64,000 bases of DNA from Halobacteriovoraceae bacterium. GTDB lineage: Bacteria; Bdellovibrionota; Bacteriovoracia; Bacteriovoracales; Bacteriovoracaceae. Under the pieces are notes generated by a model. That model ran no database searches. It was not told the origin of the DNA and worked only from the letters and a program-made list of their open reading frames with translations. The position numbers and the translations under genes are program-made. The DNA is taken from the NCBI GenBank assembly GCA_963719505.1, contig CAVRCF010000001.1, positions 352,001 through 416,000 of the forward strand. Reading direction: 5' to 3'. Shown here in pieces: positions 46,226 to 56,050 of this stretch. How positions within the stretch are numbered: position 1 is the stretch's first letter; every line of letters starts with the position of its first letter.

Positions 46226-46838
46226 AGTACTCCTTGATTATTGGGGACTACTGGTTCCGCTTTCAACTCTGATATTTATAAAGAAAAATTTTTATAATAC
46301 TTTAAGTATCTTCCTTTTGAGTTTGATCTTAGTCTTTCCAAAAGATTTAAAAGAGTTTCAGATCTACATTGCCCTTTTTGTAGTTGCTTTGATTATTCCT
46401 AAAGAAAAAAGTAAACTTGATGAGACAATATCGAGATTTGTTTCAGCGATTTGCCTTGTTGCCTTTTTGATATTGAACTCAGAAGAAAGTTTAAAGATAG
46501 ACGAAATATACTTTCTGATTCTAGTCTCATCGATACTGTTATCGATTAAAGGGTTTAAAAGAAAGCTTCTGACAATAGCCAGTGTTTCTATGCCCATTGT
46601 GACTACCGTGCTGAGCATACCGACAAAGGTATTACTTGTGATCCCGTTCTTATTTCTCCCATTATTATTTGAACGACTGAGCAAAAAAGAGTTTAGTACC
46701 TATTGTTTAGGTTGTCTTATAAGCTTAGGAAGTTTCACATCCGAACCTATTCTTTCAACCTATGTGGGATTTGCGATACTATCAATATTTGTGGTTTCTC
46801 CAAACGGAGAAAAGGCTCTTTCCGAGGATGAGATATGA
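46212..46838 (+). CDS. Hydrophobic membrane protein at the NuoM position
   Basis: About 8 short TMs; NuoM assignment rests on gene order only. Confidence 0.4.
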   Translation: MEIYKVLLDYWGLLVPLSTLIFIKKNFYNTLSIFLLSLILVFPKDLKEFQIYIALFVVALIIPKEKSKLDETISRFVSAICLVAFLILNSEESLKIDEIYFLILVSSILLSIKGFKRKLLTIASVSMPIVTTVLSIPTKVLLVIPFLFLPLLFERLSKKEFSTYCLGCLISLGSFTSEPILSTYVGFAILSIFVVSPNGEKALSEDEI

Positions 46839-47950
46839 GCGCACTATCGATAATTGGTATTATTTCTGTCTTTTATGCTCTTTGCTCAGAAAAATTAAAC
46901 TTTCTAAAGGGTACACCTACTCGATGTATTATTTTCTTCGTATTTTTAGCTTTTACGGTGCAATCCTTTCTTTACACAAATATTTTACTATCACCTTTTG
47001 GGTTACTTGTTCTCATCACCCCCCTACTTTATGGCTTTTCAGTTCTCATAAAAGAACAAGATGATAGGCATGATATTTTTTATATATTAATTATGATGAT
47101 ATTAGTTCGAAATATTGAGTCTACGACTTTCTTCCTTTTCTTAATTATAGCGAAAGGTATTTTTGTAGCCTTTCAGACTGAAGGAAGAAAAGAAGAGCGT
47201 TTAAACTATATCAAAAATAGCCTTTCACAACTTTTTATAATGCTAGTAGCTTTTTTGGCCTATTTGTATCTCAATTCTAGAAATACTATCTATCTCATTC
47301 CACTACTATTATCACTATACTTCCATATGAAGTCGATTGGGCTAAGGGTCTCTCACAAGATGTTTGATGACAGGCCTGCAAATATTGCAAAGTCAATAAT
47401 ATCTACATTAATGATACCTTACCTCATTCTTTACAAGATCTCCGCTGTTGAGAATGGATTAAACTTTCTGGTTCTTGATGGAGCAAAGTACACTGTTTTT
47501 TCTTTCTTTATAAGTTTTTCACTTTATATAACTATTCGATATAGAAGTAATAGAGTTATCTATCCTATTTTATCTTCTCTATTACTGGGATATTTATACT
47601 TGAGTTCCGCCATCTCTTTTGAACTCATGGTAGCACTAGACCTCCTTTCATATTTTTGTATCTTTATCGCTAGAGGAATAAGTAATCCAAAGGTAAGAAA
47701 TATATTTAAGTCCCTTTTATTACTAACTCCAATGAGTCCATTTTTCTATTTGGTATTTAAAAAAATTGGGGATGCTGATCTTGGGCGTCTGGAACTTTTT
47801 GGAATTATGACTCTTTTAGTTTTATTTTACCTAAACGTTATTAGTATTAAAGAAAATCTATGGAAAAAAAATTCAAAAATATTACAAGCAAAGCTGTTGG
47901 CATGCTTCTTATCAATATTAGTGGTAGTATACATCTATGACACAATATAG
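46835..47950 (+). CDS. Multi-TM protein, diverged NuoN-like
   Basis: EGRKEERLNYI ~ RSxEAALKYF; LLLGYL ~ HAGYM; LTPMSPFF ~ GIPPxxGF. Confidence 0.5.
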   Translation: MSALSIIGIISVFYALCSEKLNFLKGTPTRCIIFFVFLAFTVQSFLYTNILLSPFGLLVLITPLLYGFSVLIKEQDDRHDIFYILIMMILVRNIESTTFFLFLIIAKGIFVAFQTEGRKEERLNYIKNSLSQLFIMLVAFLAYLYLNSRNTIYLIPLLLSLYFHMKSIGLRVSHKMFDDRPANIAKSIISTLMIPYLILYKISAVENGLNFLVLDGAKYTVFSFFISFSLYITIRYRSNRVIYPILSSLLLGYLYLSSAISFELMVALDLLSYFCIFIARGISNPKVRNIFKSLLLLTPMSPFFYLVFKKIGDADLGRLELFGIMTLLVLFYLNVISIKENLWKKNSKILQAKLLACFLSILVVVYIYDTI

Positions 47951-50900
47951 AGTTAGACTCCAAAATGACCGAGTTATTGGACCTCTAAACCTAGAGGATC
48001 TAATTGAACTAAAAAAAGCCGGTAAGATTGACGGAAGTGAAGAAGTTCAAATTTTTCCAACTGGCGATTGGAAAAAGATGAGTTCTTTCCCCGAGCTTTC
48101 AACACTATCAAATGTCCTCGAAAATGATGACGATGCTGCAACATTTATAAGAAAGATAAACTTAGAAGAACTCAAAGAAGAAGCTGACCAAACGCAGCAG
48201 TTTCCAAAAAAGTTTGAATATGAAAAAAAGACTCCCTTCTCTAGTAAGTCAGAAAAGGTTGAAAAAGAAGATGAAACGATTGTCCCAGAGAAAAAGGATG
48301 AAGTTGAAATTCCAGATGCAACTGTCATAAAGAAAGTCGCTAAGCCAGCTGAGCCTCAAGATGATGATAAAACAAAAATAAATACGAATACATTGAAGTA
48401 TCTTGAAGAGTTAAAGAAAGCCAAGGAAAAAGAGCTTGAGGAAGAAGCACTGGCTGTAGAGCCTGAGCCAGAAATTGACCTAGATTCTGATGCGACACAA
48501 GTAATCTCATTAGATGCTCTGAAAGACCTAAAGCACTCGGAGAAGTCTTCAGAAAAAGAGTTTGCAAAGGAAAAAGCAGACTTTCTCAAAGAGAAAAAAG
48601 AGATTGAGAAAAAAATAAAAGAATCTGTCGTTGAGGAAGAAGAAGAGGACGAAGATAATGAGGATGATGCAAAAAAAGCAAAGAAAAAGAAACTTCTACT
48701 CATCTTTGTCGTTTTTCTAATAGCCTATGTTGTCTTATTTCCTGAAGAAGAAAAGAAATCTACCTTGAAGAAAATAGTTTTACAGGAACCAAGAATTGAA
48801 TTTCCTATACGATTCGATCAACCTGACAAGACTAAAGCCTCTATCCTTTATAAAGAGGGACTGATTTTAGAAAAAGAAGGAAGTTACTTATCAGAAATAA
48901 AAGCAGGAATTAAGTATAAGTTATCGGCGGAGAATCAATTTAATTCGAACCCTGCTCTGGCTCGTCTTATATTCCTCTACTCAAGCCATCTGGATAACTC
49001 TACAAATAAAAAGGAAGATGCAAATACGATTTTCAAATTGGTACAAATCTTTAGAACCAAAGCTCTGCAAGACCCCGATTTCACAGCCGCTGTTGCTTTG
49101 TTTTACATCCAGACAGAAAAATATGCAGCTGCTGTTAATACCGTAGAAAAATATAACGCCATTAAAAAGAGTAACCCCACTGTTGAGCTCTTTGCGGTCT
49201 ACCTGGAAGCGCTTCTAAAAATTGGAGATCTCGTTAAGGCAAAGGCTGTTGCAACTAAAATAGAAACAGTACCAATGAAGGACAGGTCGATATACGTTCA
49301 CCTCTCTCTCATCAATTATTATAGCCTAATTGGTAATTTTGAACGTCCTTCTGAAATTATAGCTGAAGCAAGAAAGATATTTAAAAGATCAATTCCTATA
49401 AACTTAGAAAGAGCGAGACTTCTTTTTTACAAAGAAGATTTCGAATCTTTAAAAAAGCTTTTAAGACAGTTACGAACAGTTAATCTTGGAAAGTCTAGAG
49501 TTCACTATGCTAAATACCTAGAATATATGGGACTGGTTGCAGCGAAAGAAGGTGATGAAAAGAAGGCTGAGTACTATTTTGATAAAGCTTTAAAGACTCA
49601 TGAGTCTTTAGAGTTAAGGTCACGCCTAGCCGAACTCTTTGTTCCGGGGGCTGCAGATCAAAACAGTATGGTCGCAGAAAGTAAGGCCATTCAATTAATT
49701 GCAAACTCAAAAATTCAAGCTAAAAAAGGAAACTGGAAATTTGCTTTTAAGGATGCTCTTGAGGCAAATAGAATTGCGTCTAACTTTATTCCGGCCAAAA
49801 TATATTTAGCCAAATTACAAATAGATCAGAGTATCTTTAAAGAAGCGATTGAAACACTTGAAGAGCTTTATAAAAATAATTCAAGAAATCCTGAAATAGT
49901 ATTTACGCTAATTGATGCTTATATAGAGTCTTACAAGTTTACTGATGTACAAAGGCTTCTGACGATTTTAAATACTTCGGAGATGAGAAATAGACCGGAG
50001 TACACCTCTTTGACGGCTAAGTATTATATCTACAAAGAGGATTTTGCTAGTTCAGTCGCCTGGCTTCAACGTGCGATAAATAAAGACCCTTTAAATGATC
50101 AAAATCAATTTGAACTTGCTAAAATGTTTATTCGTTACAATAAGTTTAACCGTGCAAAAACTCGTTTGAATAAGGCGATGGATCTGGATCCTGCGAACAC
50201 CGACTACCGTGTTGCTTATTCAAAAATTCTTTACGAAGTCGATGGTGCCTCTTTTGCGATTGGATATCTTTATGATGTTCTCCAAGACTTCCCTGATAAC
50301 GGCAAGATTTTAAGTCAAATCGGTATTTCATATTATAGAAGTGGGCAGATAAAAAGCTTTGAAGGTATTAAGGAGAAGCTGCAATCTATACCAAATAAGG
50401 ACACGACTCTTTATGAATTCTTAATTAAAGCTGCCGTGATCGACGGCAAGCCACAGGATCAAATAAAATATAGTCAAAAACTTATAGAGCTTAATCCAGG
50501 TGATCTAAAAACGAGATTGAATCTAGGTAAGATCTATATGCAACAAGAAAAGTATAAGAAAGCCTTGATAGAGTTTAAAGCAATTGAAGATCGGTTGGAA
50601 ACATATCCTATGCTACAGCTCTATATGGCAAATCTTTACGTCTTAACAGACAATCTGGATATGGCGACCGAGTTAGCGATGAAGGAGATAAAAGCCAATT
50701 CCTCGAGTGAACTTGGATATATTCTACTTGGTGATATTTATTCAAAAAAGAAAGATTATGTAGAGGCTGAAAACTATTATAAGAAAGCTCAAAAGATAAA
50801 CGGCGAGAACGTTGATATGCTTTTGGGACTGGCAAAGATAAACTTCAAAAAAAGCCAATATGACTTAACACTTGATCTTTTTCTAAAAGCTCGAGAAAAT

Positions 50901-51059
50901 GCTCCAGAAAGAGCAGAAATACATAAGCTATTGGGCGACGCTTATAGAAAAATGGGACAGAGTTCATTGGCCTTAGAGTCATATAAATTGTTTCTTGAGC
51001 TTTCACCAACGTCAAAGTATAAAGATGAAATAAGCACTTATATTCAAAAAATGCAGTGA
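47937..51059 (+). CDS. Bitopic membrane protein: N-terminal GYF_2-like domain, acidic linker, TM, long TPR array
   Basis: VIGPLNLEDLIELKKAGKI...WKK; poly-E/D then KKKK and a TM; many TPR repeats. Confidence 0.8.
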   Translation: MTQYRVRLQNDRVIGPLNLEDLIELKKAGKIDGSEEVQIFPTGDWKKMSSFPELSTLSNVLENDDDAATFIRKINLEELKEEADQTQQFPKKFEYEKKTPFSSKSEKVEKEDETIVPEKKDEVEIPDATVIKKVAKPAEPQDDDKTKINTNTLKYLEELKKAKEKELEEEALAVEPEPEIDLDSDATQVISLDALKDLKHSEKSSEKEFAKEKADFLKEKKEIEKKIKESVVEEEEEDEDNEDDAKKAKKKKLLLIFVVFLIAYVVLFPEEEKKSTLKKIVLQEPRIEFPIRFDQPDKTKASILYKEGLILEKEGSYLSEIKAGIKYKLSAENQFNSNPALARLIFLYSSHLDNSTNKKEDANTIFKLVQIFRTKALQDPDFTAAVALFYIQTEKYAAAVNTVEKYNAIKKSNPTVELFAVYLEALLKIGDLVKAKAVATKIETVPMKDRSIYVHLSLINYYSLIGNFERPSEIIAEARKIFKRSIPINLERARLLFYKEDFESLKKLLRQLRTVNLGKSRVHYAKYLEYMGLVAAKEGDEKKAEYYFDKALKTHESLELRSRLAELFVPGAADQNSMVAESKAIQLIANSKIQAKKGNWKFAFKDALEANRIASNFIPAKIYLAKLQIDQSIFKEAIETLEELYKNNSRNPEIVFTLIDAYIESYKFTDVQRLLTILNTSEMRNRPEYTSLTAKYYIYKEDFASSVAWLQRAINKDPLNDQNQFELAKMFIRYNKFNRAKTRLNKAMDLDPANTDYRVAYSKILYEVDGASFAIGYLYDVLQDFPDNGKILSQIGISYYRSGQIKSFEGIKEKLQSIPNKDTTLYEFLIKAAVIDGKPQDQIKYSQKLIELNPGDLKTRLNLGKIYMQQEKYKKALIEFKAIEDRLETYPMLQLYMANLYVLTDNLDMATELAMKEIKANSSSELGYILLGDIYSKKKDYVEAENYYKKAQKINGENVDMLLGLAKINFKKSQYDLTLDLFLKARENAPERAEIHKLLGDAYRKMGQSSLALESYKLFLELSPTSKYKDEISTYIQKMQ

Positions 51060-51065
51060 GGAAAT

Positions 51066-52358
51066 ATGCACGATATAAAACAAATCGAATCAAATTTAGA
51101 AGACTTCAAGAAAAACTTAAATAAAAGAGGGTTTGATCTGTCTGTCATCGATAGCGTCGTCGAGTTAAATTCACAAAGAAAGGCGCTCACTACTAATGTT
51201 GAAACGGCCCAAGCTCAAGTTAAAGCTAAATCAAAAGAAGTTGGATCTCTTATGAAAAGTGGAGATAAAGATGGTGCTGAAAAGATTAAAGCAGAAGTTA
51301 CAAATATTAAGTCTTCCATTGATGAAGATAATACAAAGCTTGGTGAAATAAAATCAACGCTAGAGTATCAACTTTCAACGATTCCCAATCTTATTTCCGA
51401 TGACACACCTATTGGGTCTGACGAAAGTGCAAATATTGAGGTCAATAGATGGGGAAAGCCCAGAGAATTTGACTTTAAGGTAAAGGACCATGCAGACCTT
51501 GGAGAAGAGCTGGGTATGCTTGATTTCGAAAAAGCTGCTGAGCTAACTGGTGCACGGTTTTGTGTCTATAAAGCTGATTTAGCTCGAATGGAAAGAGCTC
51601 TTGCAAACTTTATGTTAGATTTTCATTTGGAAAATGGTTACGAAGAAATTATTCCACCTTTTATTGTTAATGAAAAAACTCTCTATGGTACAGGCCAGCT
51701 TCCCAAATTTGGAGAAGACCTTTTCAAGTTAACTTTGGAAGATAAAAACTGGTATCTTATTCCAACATCAGAAGTACCTTTGACAAATCTTGCAGCCAAC
51801 GAGATATATAACGAAGAGCAACTTCCATTTAAGTATACAGCTTTTACACCTTGCTTTAGATCAGAAGCTGGTTCGCATGGAAGAGATACCAGAGGGCTTA
51901 TTAGAGTCCATCAATTTAACAAGGTAGAGATGGTTAACATAACTCATCCTGATCAATCTGATAAAACCTTGGACGAGATGGTAAAGTCTGCTGAGACAAT
52001 CTTAGAGAAGCTTAACCTACCCTTTAGAACAGTTAGACTTTGTACTGGAGACATAGGCTTTGGATCAAATAAGACATTTGATCTAGAAGTTTGGGTTCCT
52101 TCTCAAAAAACTTATAGAGAAATTTCATCATGTTCAAATTGTCATGACTTTCAAGCGCGCCGCGCTAGTATTCGATTTAAGAAGCAAGGCGAAAAACCTC
52201 AGTTTGCTCACACCTTAAATGGATCAGGACTAGCTGTTGGACGTACGATGGTTGCTATACTTGAGAACTTTCAAAATGAAGATGGGTCGATTACTATCCC
52301 CGAAGTTTTAAGACCATATATGGGTGGAAAAGAAAAAATTGTCCCTAAAAATAAATAA
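51066..52358 (+). CDS. serS: Serine--tRNA ligase
   Basis: LIPTSEVP, FRSEAG, RVHQFNKVE, EISSCSNC, HTLNGSGLA. Confidence 0.98.
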   Translation: MHDIKQIESNLEDFKKNLNKRGFDLSVIDSVVELNSQRKALTTNVETAQAQVKAKSKEVGSLMKSGDKDGAEKIKAEVTNIKSSIDEDNTKLGEIKSTLEYQLSTIPNLISDDTPIGSDESANIEVNRWGKPREFDFKVKDHADLGEELGMLDFEKAAELTGARFCVYKADLARMERALANFMLDFHLENGYEEIIPPFIVNEKTLYGTGQLPKFGEDLFKLTLEDKNWYLIPTSEVPLTNLAANEIYNEEQLPFKYTAFTPCFRSEAGSHGRDTRGLIRVHQFNKVEMVNITHPDQSDKTLDEMVKSAETILEKLNLPFRTVRLCTGDIGFGSNKTFDLEVWVPSQKTYREISSCSNCHDFQARRASIRFKKQGEKPQFAHTLNGSGLAVGRTMVAILENFQNEDGSITIPEVLRPYMGGKEKIVPKNK

Positions 52359-52387
52359 TTGATTTATTAAGGTTTAGGCCTTATATT
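52359..52387 (+). promoter_or_regulatory. Sigma70 promoter for tRNA-Ser genes
   Basis: TTGATT-17 nt-TATATT, 20 nt upstream of the tRNA. Confidence 0.55.
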
Positions 52388-52406
52388 CTTGAATAAGTTT
52401 TTCAAT

Positions 52407-52496
52407 GGAAGTGTGCCCGAGTGGTTGAAGGGAACAGTTTTGAAAACTGTCGAAGGTTCGCGCCTTCCGTAGGTTCGAATCCTATCACTTCCGCCA
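52407..52496 (+). tRNA. tRNA-Ser(TGA)
   Basis: GGAAGTG/CACTTCC acceptor stem, ACAGT-TTTGAAA-ACTGT anticodon arm, long variable arm, GTTCGAAT, CCA. Confidence 0.96.
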
Positions 52497-52582
52497 TTTT
52501 TCTCAGTACATTCATTCGTATTTTTGAAAATGGAGAAAAACTTTTGCTACTTAGCCGGTAGTAATTATTAAATGCATACAAC

Positions 52583-52671
52583 GGAAACGTGGGTGAGTGG
52601 CTGAAACCAGGCCCTTGCTAAGGGTCCGAACGTTCTGCGTTCCGCGAGTTCGAATCTCGCCGCTTCCGCCA
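52583..52671 (+). tRNA. tRNA-Ser(GCT)
   Basis: GGCCC-TTGCTAA-GGGTC anticodon arm, long variable arm, T-loop, CCA; A5-C68 mismatch in the acceptor stem. Confidence 0.93.
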
Positions 52672-52674
52672 TTT

Positions 52675-52707
52675 AAAAAACCGAGTTTCATAGCTCGGTT
52701 TTTTTTG
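52675..52707 (+). terminator. Intrinsic terminator after tRNA-Ser pair
   Basis: AAAAAACCGAG-TTTCATAG-CTCGGTTTTTTTT. Confidence 0.85.
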
Positions 52708-52758
52708 TCCTTTTTTTCTCTTTTAACCTCTATCTTTAAATAAAGTTAAGCAGAAATA

Positions 52759-54111
52759 ATGAATTTCTATGCTAGCCTTAAGAGACTAAATCAACTCTAT
52801 AAAAAGGTTTACATGAAAGAGAAAGATAATATTTGTATAAAGCCATGGACTCATTTGGTCCAACATACGAATGGCTTTTTCTCTCCTTGCTGTAAGATTG
52901 AGGATCTTTTGTTATCAAACGGGAAGCTTGCTAGAAATTTAGATGAGGCTTGGAATGGAGAGACATTAGAAAATCTAAGAAAAGAGTTTTTAGATGGTAA
53001 AAAGCCATCACTGTGTAAGCAGTGTTGGAAGGAAGAAGTTTCTGGTAACGAGTCAGATAGAACCTTAACTAATAGAAGAGTGTTAAATGAAAAGGGACAA
53101 GAATATTTTGACTCTGCCATTCATACCACAGATCCCACACCAAGAAGTTTAGATTTAAAAATATCAAATCAATGTAATTTGAAATGTAGAATGTGTTCAG
53201 GTATCTACAGTAACCAAATAATGAATGAAATTACAGATAGTGTGAATGAAGACAATGCCCAACTAAAACAAAGTTACAGTGGAGACAAGTGGGTAGGAAA
53301 TAGTGAGACGATAGCCATCTTCAAAAAATGGGTCTCAAAACTAGAATACATGGAGATCTATGGTGGAGAGCCATTTTTGCAAAAAGACCTTGGAAAAATT
53401 TTAGATCTTTGTGAAGAAATGAACAGATGTTCACAAATTACTCTCAGATTCCATACAAATGGTATGGTTGATTTAAGACCATGGTTTGAAATTTTATCAA
53501 AATTCAAAAGAGTAGAAATCCACTTTAGTTTAGATGATGTCGGACCCAGACTTGAGTATCAAAGAAAGGGGTCGAGTTGGAGTTATATTCAAAAAAACTT
53601 CCAAAGAGCAAAAGAATGGGAAAATGAACTTCCCCATAATCGCCTCGTTGCAGTTTTTGCAACTTTCAGCATCTTCAACTCTCTCTATATCGAAGACCTA
53701 CTCGATTGGACTTTGGAAAATAACTCAAAAATTTTTGTCTCTCCTTTGCACGACCCTCCTTATTTAAATATATCCTTCTTTCCTGAGGAATTTAGAACTC
53801 TAGTCGCCGACAAATTAAAAAAAATTACTCATCATAAAGCTCTCTATCCGGGCTTAAATTTAGACGGACTTATAAACCTCTCGCTCGATGATAGATTTGA
53901 TAAAGTTAGGGTTATTGACTTCTTTGTCTACACTGGGATGCTCGACAGAAAGAGAAGGGAGAGCTTTGAAAAAGTCTTCCCTGAGATTATGGCCGTTGAA
54001 TGCTTGCTACCCTTTCAGGATTATTTACAAAATGAGGAGAGAGGGGATCTTTTTTCAGGTGAAATGTACTCAAATATCATATATGAGCACAGCAAGTTAG
54101 AAAGGTCTTAA
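52759..54111 (+). CDS. Radical SAM protein with N-terminal Twitch/SPASM-like Cys cluster
   Basis: CNLKCRMC, GGEPF, HTNG; N-terminal CIKPW...PCC...CKQCW. Confidence 0.88.
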   Translation: MNFYASLKRLNQLYKKVYMKEKDNICIKPWTHLVQHTNGFFSPCCKIEDLLLSNGKLARNLDEAWNGETLENLRKEFLDGKKPSLCKQCWKEEVSGNESDRTLTNRRVLNEKGQEYFDSAIHTTDPTPRSLDLKISNQCNLKCRMCSGIYSNQIMNEITDSVNEDNAQLKQSYSGDKWVGNSETIAIFKKWVSKLEYMEIYGGEPFLQKDLGKILDLCEEMNRCSQITLRFHTNGMVDLRPWFEILSKFKRVEIHFSLDDVGPRLEYQRKGSSWSYIQKNFQRAKEWENELPHNRLVAVFATFSIFNSLYIEDLLDWTLENNSKIFVSPLHDPPYLNISFFPEEFRTLVADKLKKITHHKALYPGLNLDGLINLSLDDRFDKVRVIDFFVYTGMLDRKRRESFEKVFPEIMAVECLLPFQDYLQNEERGDLFSGEMYSNIIYEHSKLERS

Positions 54112-54164
54112 CTCTAAGCATTCAAAACTTTCAAAAGCTAAATAAATAATGTTAATATTGGCTT

Positions 54165-54854
54165 ATGAAAATAGTCCTAATGAGCCTTTTACTCCTCTGC
54201 TTTTCTTGTTCTGAAGAAGAGTCAATCCAGGTGGAGAATGAGTCTTTTGAAATTAAAAAAGACATAAAGGTTAATCTTCGCAACAAAGCTCGTGGAATCA
54301 CCGGATCTTATTGGATTAGTGAAGCTGGTTGTAAAATCAAGTGGGCCTATTCAATCTCAAGCTCTAAAAATGAGAAGAATATAAATTTGGAGCTTGTCGA
54401 CAGCGGCTTGAGTAAAGGTTGTCAAAATGATTTCAGCCTCCTTCTCAATATGCATTCGGCTATTTTGAAAAAATTTAATTCTGAGTATGATAATAAGAAA
54501 GTAAATAAAGTTAAAATAAGAGGTCTTAGATCCATTGATCCTTTGAAACGTTGCAATAAGGTAATAGCACAGAGTTCTTCTAGCTCTAGTCTGTATCAAG
54601 ATTACCGAGATAAATATCCAAAGCATGACTCAAAGTTAAGTATTAATGAAATTTTTAAAAAAATCATGGAGACAGACAATGTCTGTGGTGAGTTCTTTGC
54701 CGTTTTAAAGACAAATGGGATACCCGTGTCTATTTACTCTGTCGAAAGAGTGTTTACCAACAAAAAAGAGAAACTGACAAAATACTTTGAGAGCCTTAAA
54801 AGCCTTTCATCCCGTGTGATTTGGGATGCAGGATATTTCTACTTAAAAGACTAG
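54165..54854 (+). CDS. Hypothetical lipoprotein
   Basis: Signal peptide with CFSC lipobox. Confidence 0.65.
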   Translation: MKIVLMSLLLLCFSCSEEESIQVENESFEIKKDIKVNLRNKARGITGSYWISEAGCKIKWAYSISSSKNEKNINLELVDSGLSKGCQNDFSLLLNMHSAILKKFNSEYDNKKVNKVKIRGLRSIDPLKRCNKVIAQSSSSSSLYQDYRDKYPKHDSKLSINEIFKKIMETDNVCGEFFAVLKTNGIPVSIYSVERVFTNKKEKLTKYFESLKSLSSRVIWDAGYFYLKD

Positions 54855-54976
54855 AGCAATTCATACCAATGTCTAGAAAATGAACAGTCATAGCTGCATG
54901 ATCGTCGATTTAATAAACAGATAAAATGACTCAACTTATTACTAAAGATAAATAATTTTTATGCCGATAAGAATTC

Positions 54977-56050
54977 ATGAGAATGACCCTTGCTGCTTTT
55001 ATATTAATACAAAACTTGAGCTACGCCGCAGGGCCACTGGATAAGTGTTTTGATGTCTTTGTCCCCAATAAATTAGCTGCAGACTCTACAAGAGTAAAAG
55101 CCGTAACAGCTAACGGGTATAAATACCTCAACAAGAGTGTCGATAAATGGTTTCAAAACTCTAATGTCAGAAACTCTCAAAAGTGCCTTTCGTGTCATAC
55201 AACTTTGCCATATATGATGTTGGGTGCAGCCGATAATTTACTCACTAAAAAAAATTATATTAGAGAATTGGTTCAAAAAAGAACAGATAACTTTAAAAGA
55301 GATGGTTTTGTTGAAGCAGAAAATCTTCCTTGGTATGAGCTCGATAAATCTTACTCCACTGAAGTCGTGCTGAATGCTTCATCAGTAGTCATGGCCGAAA
55401 AGCTTGTGGCGAGAAATGCCAATCTTTCAGATCTTGCTCAAGATGCTTATAAGCTCATGTGGCAAAGACAAAAGCAAGATGGCTCTTTTGAGTGGTTAGA
55501 TCATTTTGGATTAAGACCGCATGAGTCCCAAAATAGTGGTTACTGGGGAACATCAATGGCTGGTGTCATGGGTGGACTTGTCGAAAATCAGGCCAGTAGT
55601 AAGCTTAAAAAAACGTATAAGTACTTAGCCGATGAGTTTGAAAATCAATCGAATCACAATAAGCTCTTTGGTCTATGGGCCAACGCAGAAGCAAAGGCAG
55701 ATTCATTTCTTCCTGCGACTAAAATTGAAAAACTATTGAAAGATATTAAAGCCAAACAAAATGCTGACGGTGGATGGAGTGCAGATTTCATTCTAGGGAC
55801 TGGGGAAACTCAAACCGATGCCTATGCAACTTCAATTGTAGCTTTTGTTTTAAAAAACTCAGGTAAACCTATTCCTAATGAAAGAGCTGTAAGAAAACTT
55901 TTGGTAGAAAGATTTGAAAAAGCTGGAGAGAGAATTGGTTCTAGAAGTATGAATGGAGCGGCTGTTTCAGTTTCACCAAATGGTATTTCTGGTTCTGACT
56001 TTTTTAGTGATATGGCAACCTCTTATGGACTTATGTATTTAAACAAATGA
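54977..56050 (+). CDS. Exported squalene-hopene-cyclase/prenyltransferase-fold (QW-motif) protein with CxxCH
   Basis: CLSCHTTLPY; WQRQKQDGSF and KQNADGGW QW-type repeats; signal peptide. Confidence 0.7.
   Translation: MRMTLAAFILIQNLSYAAGPLDKCFDVFVPNKLAADSTRVKAVTANGYKYLNKSVDKWFQNSNVRNSQKCLSCHTTLPYMMLGAADNLLTKKNYIRELVQKRTDNFKRDGFVEAENLPWYELDKSYSTEVVLNASSVVMAEKLVARNANLSDLAQDAYKLMWQRQKQDGSFEWLDHFGLRPHESQNSGYWGTSMAGVMGGLVENQASSKLKKTYKYLADEFENQSNHNKLFGLWANAEAKADSFLPATKIEKLLKDIKAKQNADGGWSADFILGTGETQTDAYATSIVAFVLKNSGKPIPNERAVRKLLVERFEKAGERIGSRSMNGAAVSVSPNGISGSDFFSDMATSYGLMYLNK

Noticed and set aside
48047-48703. Ser/Phe-rich antisense ORFs
   Set aside because: Shadows of the Glu/Lys-rich linker of the TPR protein
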